A DNA stretch of 64,000 nt from Haplodiscus bocki (lineage: Eukaryota), in the NCBI GenBank assembly GCA_965655095.1, contig OZ296659.1, forward strand, positions 76,508,001 through 76,572,000, in the 5' to 3' direction. Position numbers and translations under genes: made by a program. The notes under the pieces are model-generated. The model searched no databases. It was not told where the DNA came from and saw only the letters and a list, made by a program, of their open reading frames with translations. This document shows positions 1 to 12,556 of this stretch, piece by piece; the stretch's first letter is position 1, and each line of letters begins with the position of its first letter.

Positions 1-8
1 TGTCAATC

Positions 9-80
9 GGCAATGGTGCAGACAGAAGAGCATGCAACTGCAACGCGAACGGTCCCGGGTTCGAGCCTAGGCTACTCTCT
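9..80 (+). repeat. tRNA-like sequence (possible tRNA-derived SINE head)
   Basis: B-box-like GGTTCGAGCC at 58-67 in a partial T-arm hairpin, with a degenerate A-box-like TGGTGCAG upstream. The stems do not close into a full cloverleaf. Confidence 0.3.
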
Positions 81-1181
81 CGTTTTCGGTCAAAATCTAG
101 CGACTTGTATCAGTTGTGAACGGATCGAAAAAAATTGAAGACTGTTATAACCTTGCTTCCGCAAAAGTACGTATGTATCACAGTCACAATCAGGAAAATA
201 TTTCGAAGCCTTTGTATGATTTTTGTGAAGCGATACTGGAAGTAAACTTAGCAGCGAAACCTAAATATTACTTATTTTTCCAGCAAATGATCGTTTTGAA
301 TTGCTACATGGAATGATCCACTAATTCTAGTAATGATGCTCTGGAGTCGAACACAAAACTATCATCTACATTTTGGAGGAAAGGTAACCTAATTCTTCCG
401 GAACGAAGTTATCAAGCATAGTGCAACCGAAACACATAAAAACAGAGAAAAACAAACAATACATTCTTTCGGCCTGGATACATTCGGACTAGGCGAAAAT
501 CATTTTCTGCCCCCTAATTTTTTGCCATAATGAGTTAGGCTTCAGTCAATATAATAACATTTTAACCTGCAAGCGTACTAATTTGACGCCTGGTATTTCG
601 ATGTTTTTATCCTGTATGTGCAGTGAAAAAATTGTGAGCGAAATTTTTTTGAACAAGTTAAGTACATATTTGACTTCATATTTCAAATGTTTCTCGTCGG
701 AGATCATATGTCATATAGGATTGACTTTAACAACATTTAATTCCTGTCTCTGCTCATCACTCGAATAAGTTACGTAACCGAATTACACTATCTCAGCCAA
801 TAATAGCTCAGAAGTAAGCTAAAATCGGCTCGTTTGACAATCGGTTAACTGAGCAGTCGACCAGTCGCTACGTCACCCCACAACGGCGAGAAGAGAGTTT
901 CTTTCCATGTTATCAATATTGGTAGAAAATAATAAATTCTGTTTGATTCGAATTGCGATTATTCGGTGCCTAGATTATTGAAATGGTTGCTTTTTTAACG
1001 CAAAGAAGTCCTAGAGCACCCATCTGCGGTCCTCGATTGCAAAGCATTTCTCTCGTAACTAGTTGCCGTTTTACAACACTAGAAGCCCAATGAACCCTCT
1101 CCGGCCACACGAACATCAGAAGGCTAAAGCTTTGACAACTTTTTTCACCAATCTTGCAGAGTAAACTAAAGACGAACAGAC

Positions 1182-1453
1182 TTGTTAGTTCACACTTGGA
1201 CCCATTAGTATAATGCTGCACGTGATGTAACGTCACTTGTTGGGTTTTGATTGATTCTGCAGTGAATGTCTGGTTGTCCCACATAGTCTCGTGCGAGAAC
1301 ACCCCCAGCGATAGCACGATGTTATTCACACTGCCCTTGTCCCTGTCCTGGTGGAACTGAGTAATCTCTGACCCAAAACAGAACTCGTAAGTCCACCATC
1401 CTTGGTTCAAAATCGGACACAATGAACCAGTAGAACCATCGATTGCTTTCAAC
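1182..1453 (-). CDS. OS9: OS-9 ER lectin (MRH/PRKCSH domain), coding exon 2
   Basis: Translation LCPILNQGWWTYEFCFGSEITQFHQD...VLSLGVF...W...HVQHYTNGSKCELT matches the OS-9 MRH pattern (C...WWTYEFC.G..I.Q.H...L.LG...W...H.Q.Y.NGSKC.L). AG acceptor at 1455-1454 and GT donor at 1181-1180. Phase joins correctly to the exon at 17099-17415. Confidence 0.9.
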
Positions 1454-1583
1454 CTTCAACAAGGATATTGCAATATAAATTAAAACAAGACAGCCGGCTA
1501 CCAGCGACATATTTTCCCGGGTTGACCACCCAGAGATGGGACAGGGCATTATTAGTAAGACAGGGATGGGGGGTACAGGGAAA

Positions 1584-1682
1584 CCAGGGATGACTTAGTA
1601 CGGGCATAGAGGTGCATCCATGGGGTTTACTAAGTCATCCCTGGGCCCAGCCCTGGGACCGTTAAGTTATCCCTGGGCCCAG
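1584..1682. repeat. GC-rich inverted/direct repeat cassette
   Basis: Perfect 17-bp inverted repeat CCAGGGATGACTTAGTA (1584-1600) / TACTAAGTCATCCCTGG (1628-1644), plus a near-direct repeat TAAGTYATCCCTGGGCCCAG at 1631-1650 and 1663-1682. Confidence 0.8.
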
Positions 1683-1699
1683 TGCGTACACATTACACA

Positions 1700-2165
1700 A
1701 TTACCCGGCTTCCGCCTTCACATTTTAGTAAAAAAGATACCTTTCAAAAGGATGAAAATCCTCTTTCTTCATTATATTTCCTAATTTTTCCAAATTTGGA
1801 AATTTTCTGATTTTCACCACAAAAACTCACAATTAAGAAGGAAAATACATTTTTAAGAAATAGTGTCACTTGATACGCATTCTACAGCAAATTTGCCACC
1901 TTGAGATTTTGAAAAAATTGAAGTTTTTTTCGAAAAAAACATGTATTTTCCAAAAAACCCAAATTTTGTATGTTTTTGGAGAAATCTTACACCTCCAGTG
2001 GTATTCTGTCTATAATTTGGTGATTGAAAAAATTCACGGTCAGAATCGTCATTTTCGGACACTGACATTCGGAGGACATTATCAATTGGCAAGTCAGCGT
2101 AAAAAAACGTTCGCTTCGAGTGGATGATTTTCCTCCGATATTATAAATATGGCAAAAAATTATAA
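1700..2165 (+). repeat. ~450-bp dispersed repeat, copy A
   Basis: Shares the blocks TGATACGCATTCTACAGCAAATTTG, AAAACCCAAATTT, GAAATCTTAC and CATTATCAATTGG...CAGCGTAAAAAAAC with ~20620-21080 (+), and partly with ~41270-41610 (-). Confidence 0.8.
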
Positions 2166-2690
2166 ACATAGGCATCAGGGACGCTAGGTATTAAGTAGGG
2201 CTGTACCGGAACAAAATTCCGGTCGCAACTCAAGAAACTTCGGCTCCAGTATTCTGCCAGAACATGATACATTCGACTGGACATACATTTTCCGTTGAGA
2301 AAAACTTGTAAACATACTGCATTTTCAATTACCTAGTGACTCCGTTTTTTCAAAACTTGTGGAAAAAGTTGTTCACTATGTTTTGGCAACTACATGGTGC
2401 GATATTCCTCGTACACAATTCCGTATTCCGAAAACTGTCTTTTCCAATAAACAATGCAACTACAACTGGCGCTTTGCCACAATGAACCGTGATAAGGCGT
2501 TAACAACTGACAGGCCTGATATGCAACAAGCGAAGTAACTAGAGTACTTATTAGCCTGCTCTAAAGCACGGATATTAATTAAGTAAACTCCTGAGCAAAA
2601 ATTGAGCAACGTTGGAGCGTATTTTCTCAGAGCGTAATGGCTTCAAGAGTAAAAGGAAAAGTTCTTCGTCGATCAATCATTTGAGCCCCT

Positions 2691-3030
2691 TCATTTCCGC
2701 TTCATCGGAGGCATCGCGCACGAGGAAAGCCACGAAAAGCGAAGAGTTGCTGATTGTCAGACAAAAAGGTCTCGACTACTCTGGCAGCAAATAATCTGAA
2801 AATCACCTACTCCTGAACATACAAAACTGAATTACTCAAAAGAACTTCTCAGCAAAAACAGACCGTTTGGAGACCACATTCTAAAGCACAAATTTTACAA
2901 ACAAGAAGAGCAGAAGTTTCTTAGACTTTTCATGAAAATTTCTAAGTGTCTTTTGTTTTCAAATCGGACCAATGGTTGAAAAGTTATGCTTGCCCCAATT
3001 TTGGCCATTTTTGACCAAATTTGAGGGGTT
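2691..3030 (-). pseudogene. truncated paralog of the 5' end of the RING gene at 24-25 kb
   Basis: Colinear similarity to ~24960-25290, including an identical 38-mer (2740-2777 = 25004-25041) and the same TTTTCAG acceptor. The frame reads MPPMKRK* versus MPPMTRKRKR in the intact copy. Confidence 0.75.
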
Positions 3031-3841
3031 TACCCGAAAATCTAACTACAAGAGATACAGAAAAACGCTCAGACACAATTTCGATGCTTTGAAACTTACC
3101 CAAAACATTTGACCCTTGAAACATTCTAGAAAATGGAGTCCTTCAAAGTTTGAGACTTGACCGAAAAGAATTTTCTATGCATTCAGTTTTAAAAAAAGTT
3201 GATCTTTCAAAGCTCAGATCACAGAAATTAGTTAGAGTCAAAAATTTTAGGACAGATTCAAATCTGTAAAACAGCGCATACGGTTTTTCCATCTCCTTTG
3301 AGGGTTGAGAATTTGAAGTTTTAATGCATGAATGACAAAACATCACGATGTCGTCGTAAGAACGAGCGTTTCCAAAGAGAATGAATTTCAGATTGAATTT
3401 GCTTATCAAGGTTTTGGGGGGATCGCAAAGGTTCACCTGAGTGCAAGAAATTGAAAATGCTTGTCCATTTTAGCCCCTTCTCCTTAAAAAATCTTCACAA
3501 AAATATGCCATGATGAAAAATACCAAAAGTTAGGCGCCTCAAACCTCTCCAGTTCTTGTTCGACTCCCAGAAGATAAAGACTATTGTAATCTTTAGAACT
3601 TTAAAAATTTGAAGAACTTTAGCTCCAACAATTTTTTCTGAATGCATTACTTTCTAAGATTTCGAGCATCAAAAACGCTGATTTTTGCTTCGGAGTTCAT
3701 TTAATTATAATCACTTCAGTATCTTGACTTCTGGTCTAAACTTTCATAGGCCGCAGAGCTCTTCCCTATATCTGCTTCAAGCGACGCGAATAACTTTATA
3801 TTGTTTTATGCTCGCATCATATTTCTGCGGCGTATAGTGAA

Positions 3842-4596
3842 CAGTAGTGATTTTAATTAATGCGACAACTTTAATGCATTGGTCAACTTTAAGCACGAAT
3901 AACTTCGGGGATAATCATTTTGGACAAAAGTACCAGAAACAAAATATTCTTAGAGAATTTTAGAATTTTTAGAGATTATAATGGTGTTTGTTTGAAAAAT
4001 TTCCAACGAATAGAGCAAAAACTAGAAAATGCATTTTTGGCCAAATTTTACATTCTTTTGACAATTTCATAACTTTGAAAATTTAATAGTTGGAATTTCA
4101 CTTCATCAATAGATGCCCCTGATGTTTCTGCGACAGCTTCAAAAACTATTCCAAAATTCATCTTGAATCTAATAAATTTGAAAATCAATTTATTAAAATA
4201 GGATGTTAAAAATATACTTTTACTTTTTGCAATTTTTTTATGAAAATTCAAAGTTTTGAAAAAAGTGTTAAATATAAAAGCTCGGGGGAATAACCAAAAC
4301 TAACAAATTATGTAATTTGTTTTTTGTTATCTTGTGTCATTGTCAAGATTTCTTACGAAAACTGCCATAATTAGTCGTTATTCGCAATGCTTGCATAGTT
4401 TATTTACTCAACTTTGGGACGCAATTTTCTACCTCTTTGAAGTACTTGTTTTGGCAAATGAAATAACCATGTGGTAGCGCTTTCAATGAGGTTTCTCAGA
4501 GTACCTTCGTTTACTCTGATCTCATATTATTTATTTCTCCACTTAGGATTTTGTAAAGCGTATCGAAATTGCGTAGTCGCATTAAAATCACTACTG
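3842..4596. mobile_element. Tc1/mariner-like MITE nested in the hAT-like element
   Basis: TIRs CAGTAGTGATTTTAAT(TAAT)GCGAC (3842-3866) and GTCGCATTAAAATCACTACTG (4576-4596). CAGT termini; the right end is followed by TA (the left flank is AA). Confidence 0.65.
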
Positions 4597-5039
4597 TATA
4601 ATGTACACTCAGCTGCATTGTATTTTTCAGAATAACTGGAACATAATAGTGAAAATTCAGTTGGAACACATTTCTCAAGTACAAGCGAGATGTTGCGGAG
4701 CACTCACTCAGCTGTTATGTACCTCTCAGCTGTTATACTAGCACGATGAGTATACTAGCAAGTACCGGTGAAACTTCTCCCAATAAGAAAGGTTCTGGTT
4801 CCGGTCGAATTTCAAAATCGATTCCAGTACGCACCTAGTATCAAGAGCTGAAAAATTAGCAAAGTCAAAAAGGAATTGTCAGAAAGGAAGTAGTCTGTCA
4901 AAAAAATCGGACTCTGTGCTGTGAGACATTAAACAAAAACCTCTGTGATCTACGAGAAATCCTAAAAAAATTTGCTGTTACAACTTACAAGTTTGAGATT
5001 GAACACTGTCTTGAACTTTCTCATAACAAACACGGAGAC

Positions 5040-8000
5040 AAACATTTTGTCACACTACTATAATCCAATTCACGTACACTCATTGATAATTTTGAAAGAG
5101 CACTCGAAAACTTCATGTGACCAAATTTGAATAACCTGGCATCCACAAATACGTGGAAGCAAATAGCGACACTCAGTTGCTACGCGATATTAGAAGGAAA
5201 ATGATCCGAAAACTCACAAAAAGAAGCATATACAGGCTACTTTGTCATTGCGAAAAACATTATTTATGACTCTGGCAACATGCTTCCCCGTCGCTTTGCA
5301 GAGACCGACACTTCCTCACTTGTGGGACCCCGCAACGCAATCTGACTTGTCAGTTGAGATCGATGATACGGTTTACACATCACCAGTCCTGAGAGACATT
5401 GGAAACATGATCCGATTCATATCAACAATCTTTGAAATACTGCACCATCTGTCAATTGAAAGTTTTCCAAAAAGTCCGACTCAGACAAGCACTTGTCACA
5501 GTTTGTAATACTCGAATAATTGATCTGTCAATCATGTCTTTTGAGATTCGCCATTTTACAGCCCAAAGTTTAAAAAATTTACAACGCAAAAAAGAAAAAA
5601 CTAGGTGTAAGTATCCCAAAGAACGTTACAAGAAAAAAATTCGAGTTCTCAAAACGACAACAAAATGTCAAAACAGCTCGAATAAGTCATCTCAGATGTC
5701 AATCGTTAAAATTTGCGACTCTTGGATGAAACATCAAAAATTGCATAAAATCCGTGAAATAGGTGTAAACAAATTTCATAATCTAAACCTGACTGGCCAT
5801 TTCTACAATTTGAGATTCAGTTGAGGTTTGAATTTTGATCATTGAGTCTCGGTATGTACCGACTTGAGAGAAGTTACCATGTCTTGTTTTGTTTGCTAAC
5901 ATCAACCAATTTGAGAACTCAGAATTTTAAAAGGTAACGTTTTCTGGGGGTACACCTGATACGCTTCATATTCAAACAGTCTCGAAGCCACTCTTCGCAT
6001 ACACTTGCAACATAGATGAGCACGAGCATCAACAAATTGCCCATCGGCAAAAACAGCTCAATGGATTCTCGTAAAGTTTAGATTTACACAAATATCACAC
6101 AAACCATGGTTGCATTGATTACGAAATGGAAAACACAGAAGTTCACAAGGAATTCTAATTATCAGGATTCAAACTAAGCATTGAATAGCCGCATTCCAAC
6201 CGATAGTCTCCGAGAAAAGTCGTTCGGAAAAACACGCAAGTAATTCTTTTCGAAGCACGAGTCAAAAGATTTCATGAATGGAAACTGAAATGATTGAAAC
6301 GGGACATTTTCTTTTCAAACTCTTTCTATTGCGCTCCTTTGAACGAGCACTGCCTGACAGCAATTCAAGCAGTAGTTTTTCACAAAAACAAAAATTACAG
6401 TGAAAAAATATCAAATCTCAAAACTACGCAGTGTTGAACTTCGTACTTTTCAAATCGTTGACAGCTGCTCTGAAATTGGTCGGATATGGCAACACTTTTC
6501 ATGTAAATTGAGTGCATTCTATATAACATACGTTCTCAAACAATGAATACCAAAGAAGATAACGCGGTGTAAGAATACAAAGATCTTACCATACCGCGTC
6601 CTTGATCTATAAGATCAAAAGAACGAAAGCATGAAACACAGATTTGATTGTTGACATTGATCAAGGTTCTAGAGTAAGTTTTCTCAGTTTTACAGAATGG
6701 CGTATTGGATTCCAAGTTACCACTGCCTTCCGCAACAATCAAATCTGAACCATTGTTTTTGGGACCGCTTCTCAACCACTTTTTCCGTAGTTGAAGCTTG
6801 ATCAAATAAGTCTACCTTCCAAGCGGTCCAGAAATCTTTTCGTATACTCTGCAGTAAACAAAACAGGGTAACCTTTAGCCCAGCAGTTGGTACACAAACC
6901 ACCCACCAATCAAAAATTACGAAGGCTTAAAGTCATCCAGTACGGGTTATTTGAGAGAGGCGTCAAAGGCCTCGAATTGAGGAGAGCTTCAATTTGAGTC
7001 AGAGCAGTAAGGAATTCTTCGGAACTAGGTTTTTGTTTTCCTTCCACGAGACGCTTAATAACTTTTCATACTTTTGACTTCTTCAAAAATGTCAAAAGTT
7101 TTCCAATCCTTGTACCACCGAATGTTGGTAGTTCAATTCCTGGCAACCGAAGGTTAGTTTCGCGACGAATTTAAGAGACTGCTGCAACTTCGACGAAATC
7201 ACCAGCTTCCGGCAAACGCTGCGATGTCCACTTCCGCATCAGTTTCATCAAGCCATTCACTTTTGTTTGATTATCGCCTGGAATCAAAAACCTTACCTCC
7301 ATTCCTTCTCCACTATTTTCAGTCTTGATCCAAATTTTCAATTTGATTTGATCGAATGCCTTCCACTTATTAATCAAGGACTTGAGCAATGTTTCAATAG
7401 CAAGTATGTCATCACTTCTCACTTCTTCAGGTGTTTCAGCCTTTACAGATTGTAATTGAGTTCCTTTGCGGGTACCGATACCCCTGTGAGCCTTCCGAGA
7501 GGCTGGGGTTTTCTTAAAGCCTCAATAAGTTCTACCCTTTTGATTGATTTGAACGTTCACTCAAAAACTTAGAGTAAGCTCAACCCCATTGAACCCAGCC
7601 ACCCAAAAACTACCAAAAGAAATAACAGAAGATTAAGAAGATTACAACCTTCAGGTTAGAAAGGATAAATATAATACACCGTGAGAGGGGGAAGTAATTT
7701 TATCTGAGAAGTTTTCTTGAATTTCTTCGTCACGACCTTTTCATTCAACGACACCAATTTTCCCATAAGCTCTACTCCTGAGATGAAACTGGTCAGTAAA
7801 AATGCAGCAAATTGTGAGGAGAAAAGGAATGCCCACCAAAAAAAACTTTGATTTTGTCTTCTATTTTGGTTCTACGTTAAGTTGCAGGACTCTCCTTTGC
7901 TGCTTCGAAATGGAACACCGACAACCAAAACTTCCGTAGCTCGTGGTGCGAGGGCGTCAGCAAATCAAAACTTTCTTTCGATACTTCAGAGGGTTTAAGA

Positions 8001-9800
8001 GGGTAATGATAAGGGCCTCTTTATGAAAAGAAGTTTTCCGAGGTGTTCCCTCCAGCAAAGAATACAATTTTTTCAACGTGGGACGAGCTCCAGGGATTGA
8101 CAAGACGGCAAAAGATACACTTGGGAAACCCTTTCAGTAAAGAATCTCATAAGATCAGGTTTGTAGAATTGTTTTTTCGATGAGAACTTTGTACCTCAAG
8201 TTTCACATTACCACGAAGAATCTTTTCAAAGGGAAAAACAAACGATCTAACCAAACGCAAAGGGAAAAACAAACGATCTAACCAAATGTGTTCTGCGAAG
8301 ATCAAGTCGACAAGGTCACCAATTTAAAATGAACTTCGTAGTTCTGAAACACCGTGGCGCTGGCAGCTGATCGCATAAAGATTGCTACTGCCTCGATGTA
8401 AAGTGAGTCAATTCTGTATGAGAAAACTCAAAACAATCAACGTCAAAACGAACAACTCGATAAAAGAATACAGAGTTTGGCACAAGTCAATTAGGAAGTC
8501 ATATCATTGAAACATTGAAGACTACGAGTCCAGAAATTTTTCGGCGAATGTATGGAATGTAACAAATTTGCGTATCCACAGGTTCGCCATCTTCCGGACT
8601 CTTGAATGAGAAATAAATGGCTACGATCGAGTCGTTAGTCTTCGAGAAAAAAATCCTAAAATACATCTCGAGATATTTAGCGTGAAAGTTGTCAAACTGG
8701 ATGTCCCTATCAATACAAAGGCTCTTCAAAATGAGCAATTCAGTTTAGGCACTAGATGGCCAATACCTCACCATTAGCTGTCGAGAAAGTCAATTTTAAA
8801 GAAAGAAGAAAATTTCTCTGGATGTAACAAACACACAATAGATATTCTGAATTAAGAACAGCAAAAAAGAAAAATATGCAATCTGGAAACTTCTGTCTTT
8901 ATTACGCTATCAATGCAGCAGTTGATGAATGCAGTGCGACGGATACCTGCAAAGAGAAACAAATACGACTAGATTCTAATCAAATATCAGCAATTATCTG
9001 TCCATAGTGAAGTTAAAAACTTATGTTTTCACAATAGTTCACAGCTGCATGAACAAGCAACTATACCGAATTTCCCGCTACTGAATTTCTCAGTTCAACT
9101 AAGATACAAAACAGCTGTTGTAAGTTCTGGAAGTATCAGAAAATGGTTGAAGATAGTATTCCATTGCACTTGCCAGTCGCAACTGTAACACAGAGTCGAA
9201 ACAGGAACTTCGCAAATCTGGCAAAATGAAATCCTTCGGTTTTCTCAAAATTCGGAGCAGCAGTAACAACTAATAACGGATGAAAGCCTGTTGAAGGCAA
9301 TGTGAAAAATTCCAGAATAACATCGACAAAATTTCTTACATTTGAAAACTGAAAATTGCCACGCTGTGTCTATGAAATCATTCTGGATTTTTTGTCAAAA
9401 CTGCTTGGTTCTTCATTTGAGAAACGGGGACGAAAATATCAAAACTCTACATACATAAGATCTCTACATCTTCGTCGGAGCTATTCCAAATATAGGTAAA
9501 CTAGGCGCCGATAAAACTTCTCTCGAGGAAAAAGTTGTTTTAAATAAATGAAGCTACAAATTCTTCTCGAGAGCAGTAACGCGTGAGTTTTTATCCCATC
9601 TGATGAAATTTTAGCCAAATGCTAACGTGGAGGGGGTGGCAAACGAAAGGAGAAAGGCTATCCTTAGAAGCTGTTGAGTGACTTTGGAACAGTAAGTTAA
9701 CTACTCCGGAAGAATATTTCGAGACTGTCAGCAAATCACCACCTTCAATTCAACAACTGGATAAGCAGTCACAGAGTTTATATGGAAGGAGAAATGAGCT
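5040..9800 (-). mobile_element. decayed coding-like region, possibly the accessory region of a relative of the large Gypsy element
   Basis: Several broken protein-like ORFs. The + strand at ~9325-9450 reads QNFLHLKTE/IATLCL...EKRGRKYQ, similar to KRYLELRKQIATLCL...KKRSSLYE at 63746-63958 (-). Confidence 0.3.
8227..8288 (+). repeat. 31-bp tandem duplication
   Basis: CAAAGGGAAAAACAAACGATCTAACCAAAYG twice, head to tail. Confidence 0.9.
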
Positions 9801-10634
9801 ACTTTGGTATTAGAGAAAAAACTAATATTTTCAAAAAATTAATTAATTTTTTACGGATATGCACCTTAATATTACTTTTCAATGCACTTGTAGCCAAAAA
9901 GTAGATTTAGCGGACAATAAGGCGAAAATTCCACAAATTTGAAAAATATATTTAAGTATAAAACATCGAAATGTCACGATAACAAAGCATTTCGAAGCTT
10001 CTCGCTATAGTTAGCTAATCTTGAGCTTCTGTAATGCTTGAATTGGTCGTGGCTGCTAGAAAGTTGCTACGTCAGGCAAACGGACAAAAGTTCTGGGGAA
10101 ATTACCTACTTCTGGCTATTTCAAAATCTTCAAAAACTGAACTTTTTACGTGAAACTTTCAAAATTTCGAAAAATCTTCCCCACTAAACCTTTCGTATTA
10201 ATTCGAGCTGGGTGCGTAGTTAAAAAGATGATTCGAAAAGCAAAAGATTGCAAAAACAGCAAAATTTGGCAAGATTTTCTACACTCAACACCAGAGTTTG
10301 AGGTTATCTCCATAGAACAGCAGATTTTCGAAAAACGCATGTTGGTGTTGACTTCGTCGAACTCCGCGCGAAGAAGTTGATTTGGCAAAAAATCGGGCGA
10401 AAATTGCAAAAATAAATTTATAATAGATTTTTCAGTTCAACGTCGAAAAGAATATAAAAAATACATTTTCTGGTACCAATATAAAATCTCTGTAAAAATA
10501 GGGAACAAATTTCTAGTTCGGAGTGAACTTGAAAAAAATCAGAGCAAAAATCTGATATTTCTTAATTGAGAAATGAATAATTTCGAAGAAAAAGAAAAAC
10601 TGAGAAAAATGAAACATGGAACGTAAAAATTTTA

Positions 10635-10718
10635 TTGCCCCGATGAGATTAGAGCTCGGATGGTCGTAGAAGCAGAGCTCAGGAGATCATTGTCATTAAC
10701 CATTAGACCAATTGCTTC
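10635..10718 (-). repeat. tRNA-derived element (pseudo-tRNA/SINE head)
   Basis: The minus strand has A-box-like TGGTCTAATGGTTAA and a degenerate B-box GCTCTAATCTC. The 5' half resembles the tRNA-like sequence at 23901-23981. Confidence 0.4.
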
Positions 10719-12556
10719 CTGACTTTGGCAAGACACCCCCCCCCCCTATCATCTTGCGAGTTGTAAACGATACGAAAAACGCGGGACGACCGCAATAAGA
10801 TGGCGGTTTGTCGGCTCAAACATTATTATAGAAAACATTACCTCCTTCTAGAACGCTTTATTCATTTTTGACACCAGATTTCAAAAACAGCATTTGGCGC
10901 GAAAGTGAGCAAATTTTCGTTGAAAAGTTTTAAAAAGGACCCTCTTTGACCTTTACCACATGATGACTAGACTATATCTCATGACGTCAAGAAACGCAAG
11001 TTTTGGACAGGATAAAAACTATGCATTAGCCGTTGTCAATATACAATCTTTTCAGTCAGAATTTGTAAAAAGAAAAGTTTATTAAACACTAGATTTCAGA
11101 TGAAATTAATGCTTTTCGCAGTAACTCTCCATCCTCAGTTTTATCCAAATAAAACAAAATCTGATTTGAGATGACAGAAGACTTTACAACATGACTCAGC
11201 CACACTTTGATACCATTGTAGTGATGGATATCTCCAAAACAAAATACAATAGCATCGCTATAATTCCAAGAGGAGGTCCTCCGACAGGAACTCATCCTGA
11301 TTGCGTATCGCTGGCATCAGCTCCCGAAAATGAAGCACATTCAGGGTCAATAAAGTCGCAGTGAAGAAGCTGAATTAAGTAATTTTCACTCCGGTTAGCA
11401 AATGGAATCAAGTTGGCAAAAAGAAATAGGCAGACATGGGTAATTCGCTGTATCAACCAACTTTGCCGTATAGTTTTCACTTTGCCGTTAACCGTATACT
11501 AAAAGCCGTGTTACAGCAGGTTTAAAAAATTGGCCCTTAAAGTGGCTTCACTATCGAAAGGAGACAGTATAATTCTGAAATTGTTGTTGTATGCCCATTA
11601 ACCCTTTGATGGAGGTATTCTAGCCTGCAGTTTTGGAGAATATCGATTTTGAAGACAATACAAATCTCACATGGCACTATCGGGTTTCCAATGCAAATAA
11701 AAAGGCCGCAATACTTTCATGGCGTAACCTACAAATTTACATCTATCGTTGAAAAGCTTCATTGAGGAAATCCTGCCACCAATTTGAGAAAAATGAGTAT
11801 CACAATCCGAGAAAAATCATTACAATTTGCGTTTTTGCATTTTTTTTACCTATCATTTTTCTGCAAGGCCCAAAGGCTAGAGTTTTGAACAATCTTCTGC
11901 AAGTACCAAATTCTCCATCCAGACCTTGATAGTAAAAATCCAGGAGGTAGTTATGGAGAAAAAAGATTCTGAGTGTTGAGAGAAAACAGAAGGTACTTTT
12001 TGGGATTTTCTGCCTATCAGTTTGCCGTTTCAAGCTTCGCAGGAAAAAAATTGATTTTGAAGGAAAAAGAGAAAATTCCGCGACAGGAAAAATCCGAGAA
12101 AGAGTTTGAGAATTGAAATTACAAAAAAAAATGTTTTCGCTGAAAATATATGTCTTACGTATAAGTACATGTCCGTGACACAGCAGTAGCTGACATGCAA
12201 TTTTTGCGGCCATACAACAACTTAATTTTAACTGCATGCAGTGAGGTTTCAAACAAAAACAAGTGAGGCAGAAGTTGTCTGATTCCGCCAAGTCCGGTCT
12301 GGAAAAAATGTCAGCGTCGTACCTACATTAGCTTTTGCGATCTGCTTCGATATTAAAGAAATTTTTGAGCACTTTTCAATTTGGTGGGATTAGACTTAAT
12401 ATTTATTTTCGAGAAAATAGCGCTTTAAGTGAATGAAACAACTTTTAATTCAGAACACGCCAGAACAGTTACAAGATAAACATGTCACAAAAGCATTCAT
12501 ATGAATTTTAAAAAATAGTACCACTGTACTTTTAGAACTTAAAATGACTTACTCGT

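Larger units (their letters stand above)
2196..4837. mobile_element. non-autonomous hAT-like DNA transposon (composite)
   Basis: Imperfect TIRs: TAGGGCTGTACCGGAA on the left and TAGGTGCGTACTGGAA (reverse complement of the right end). Flanked by an 8-bp TSD-like pair GTATTAAG (2188-2195) / GTATCAAG (4838-4845). No transposase seen. Confidence 0.65.

Noticed and set aside
970-1181. C-terminal part of ORF 970-1452 as OS-9 coding sequence
   Set aside because: Homology stops at NGSKCELT where a GT donor occurs, so this is intron read-through. The next exon (expected R..EVRF.C) was not found in 1-1180.
11537-12430. TTAA-flanked Kolobok/piggyBac-like element
   Set aside because: The candidate terminal inverted repeats match too poorly to define an element.
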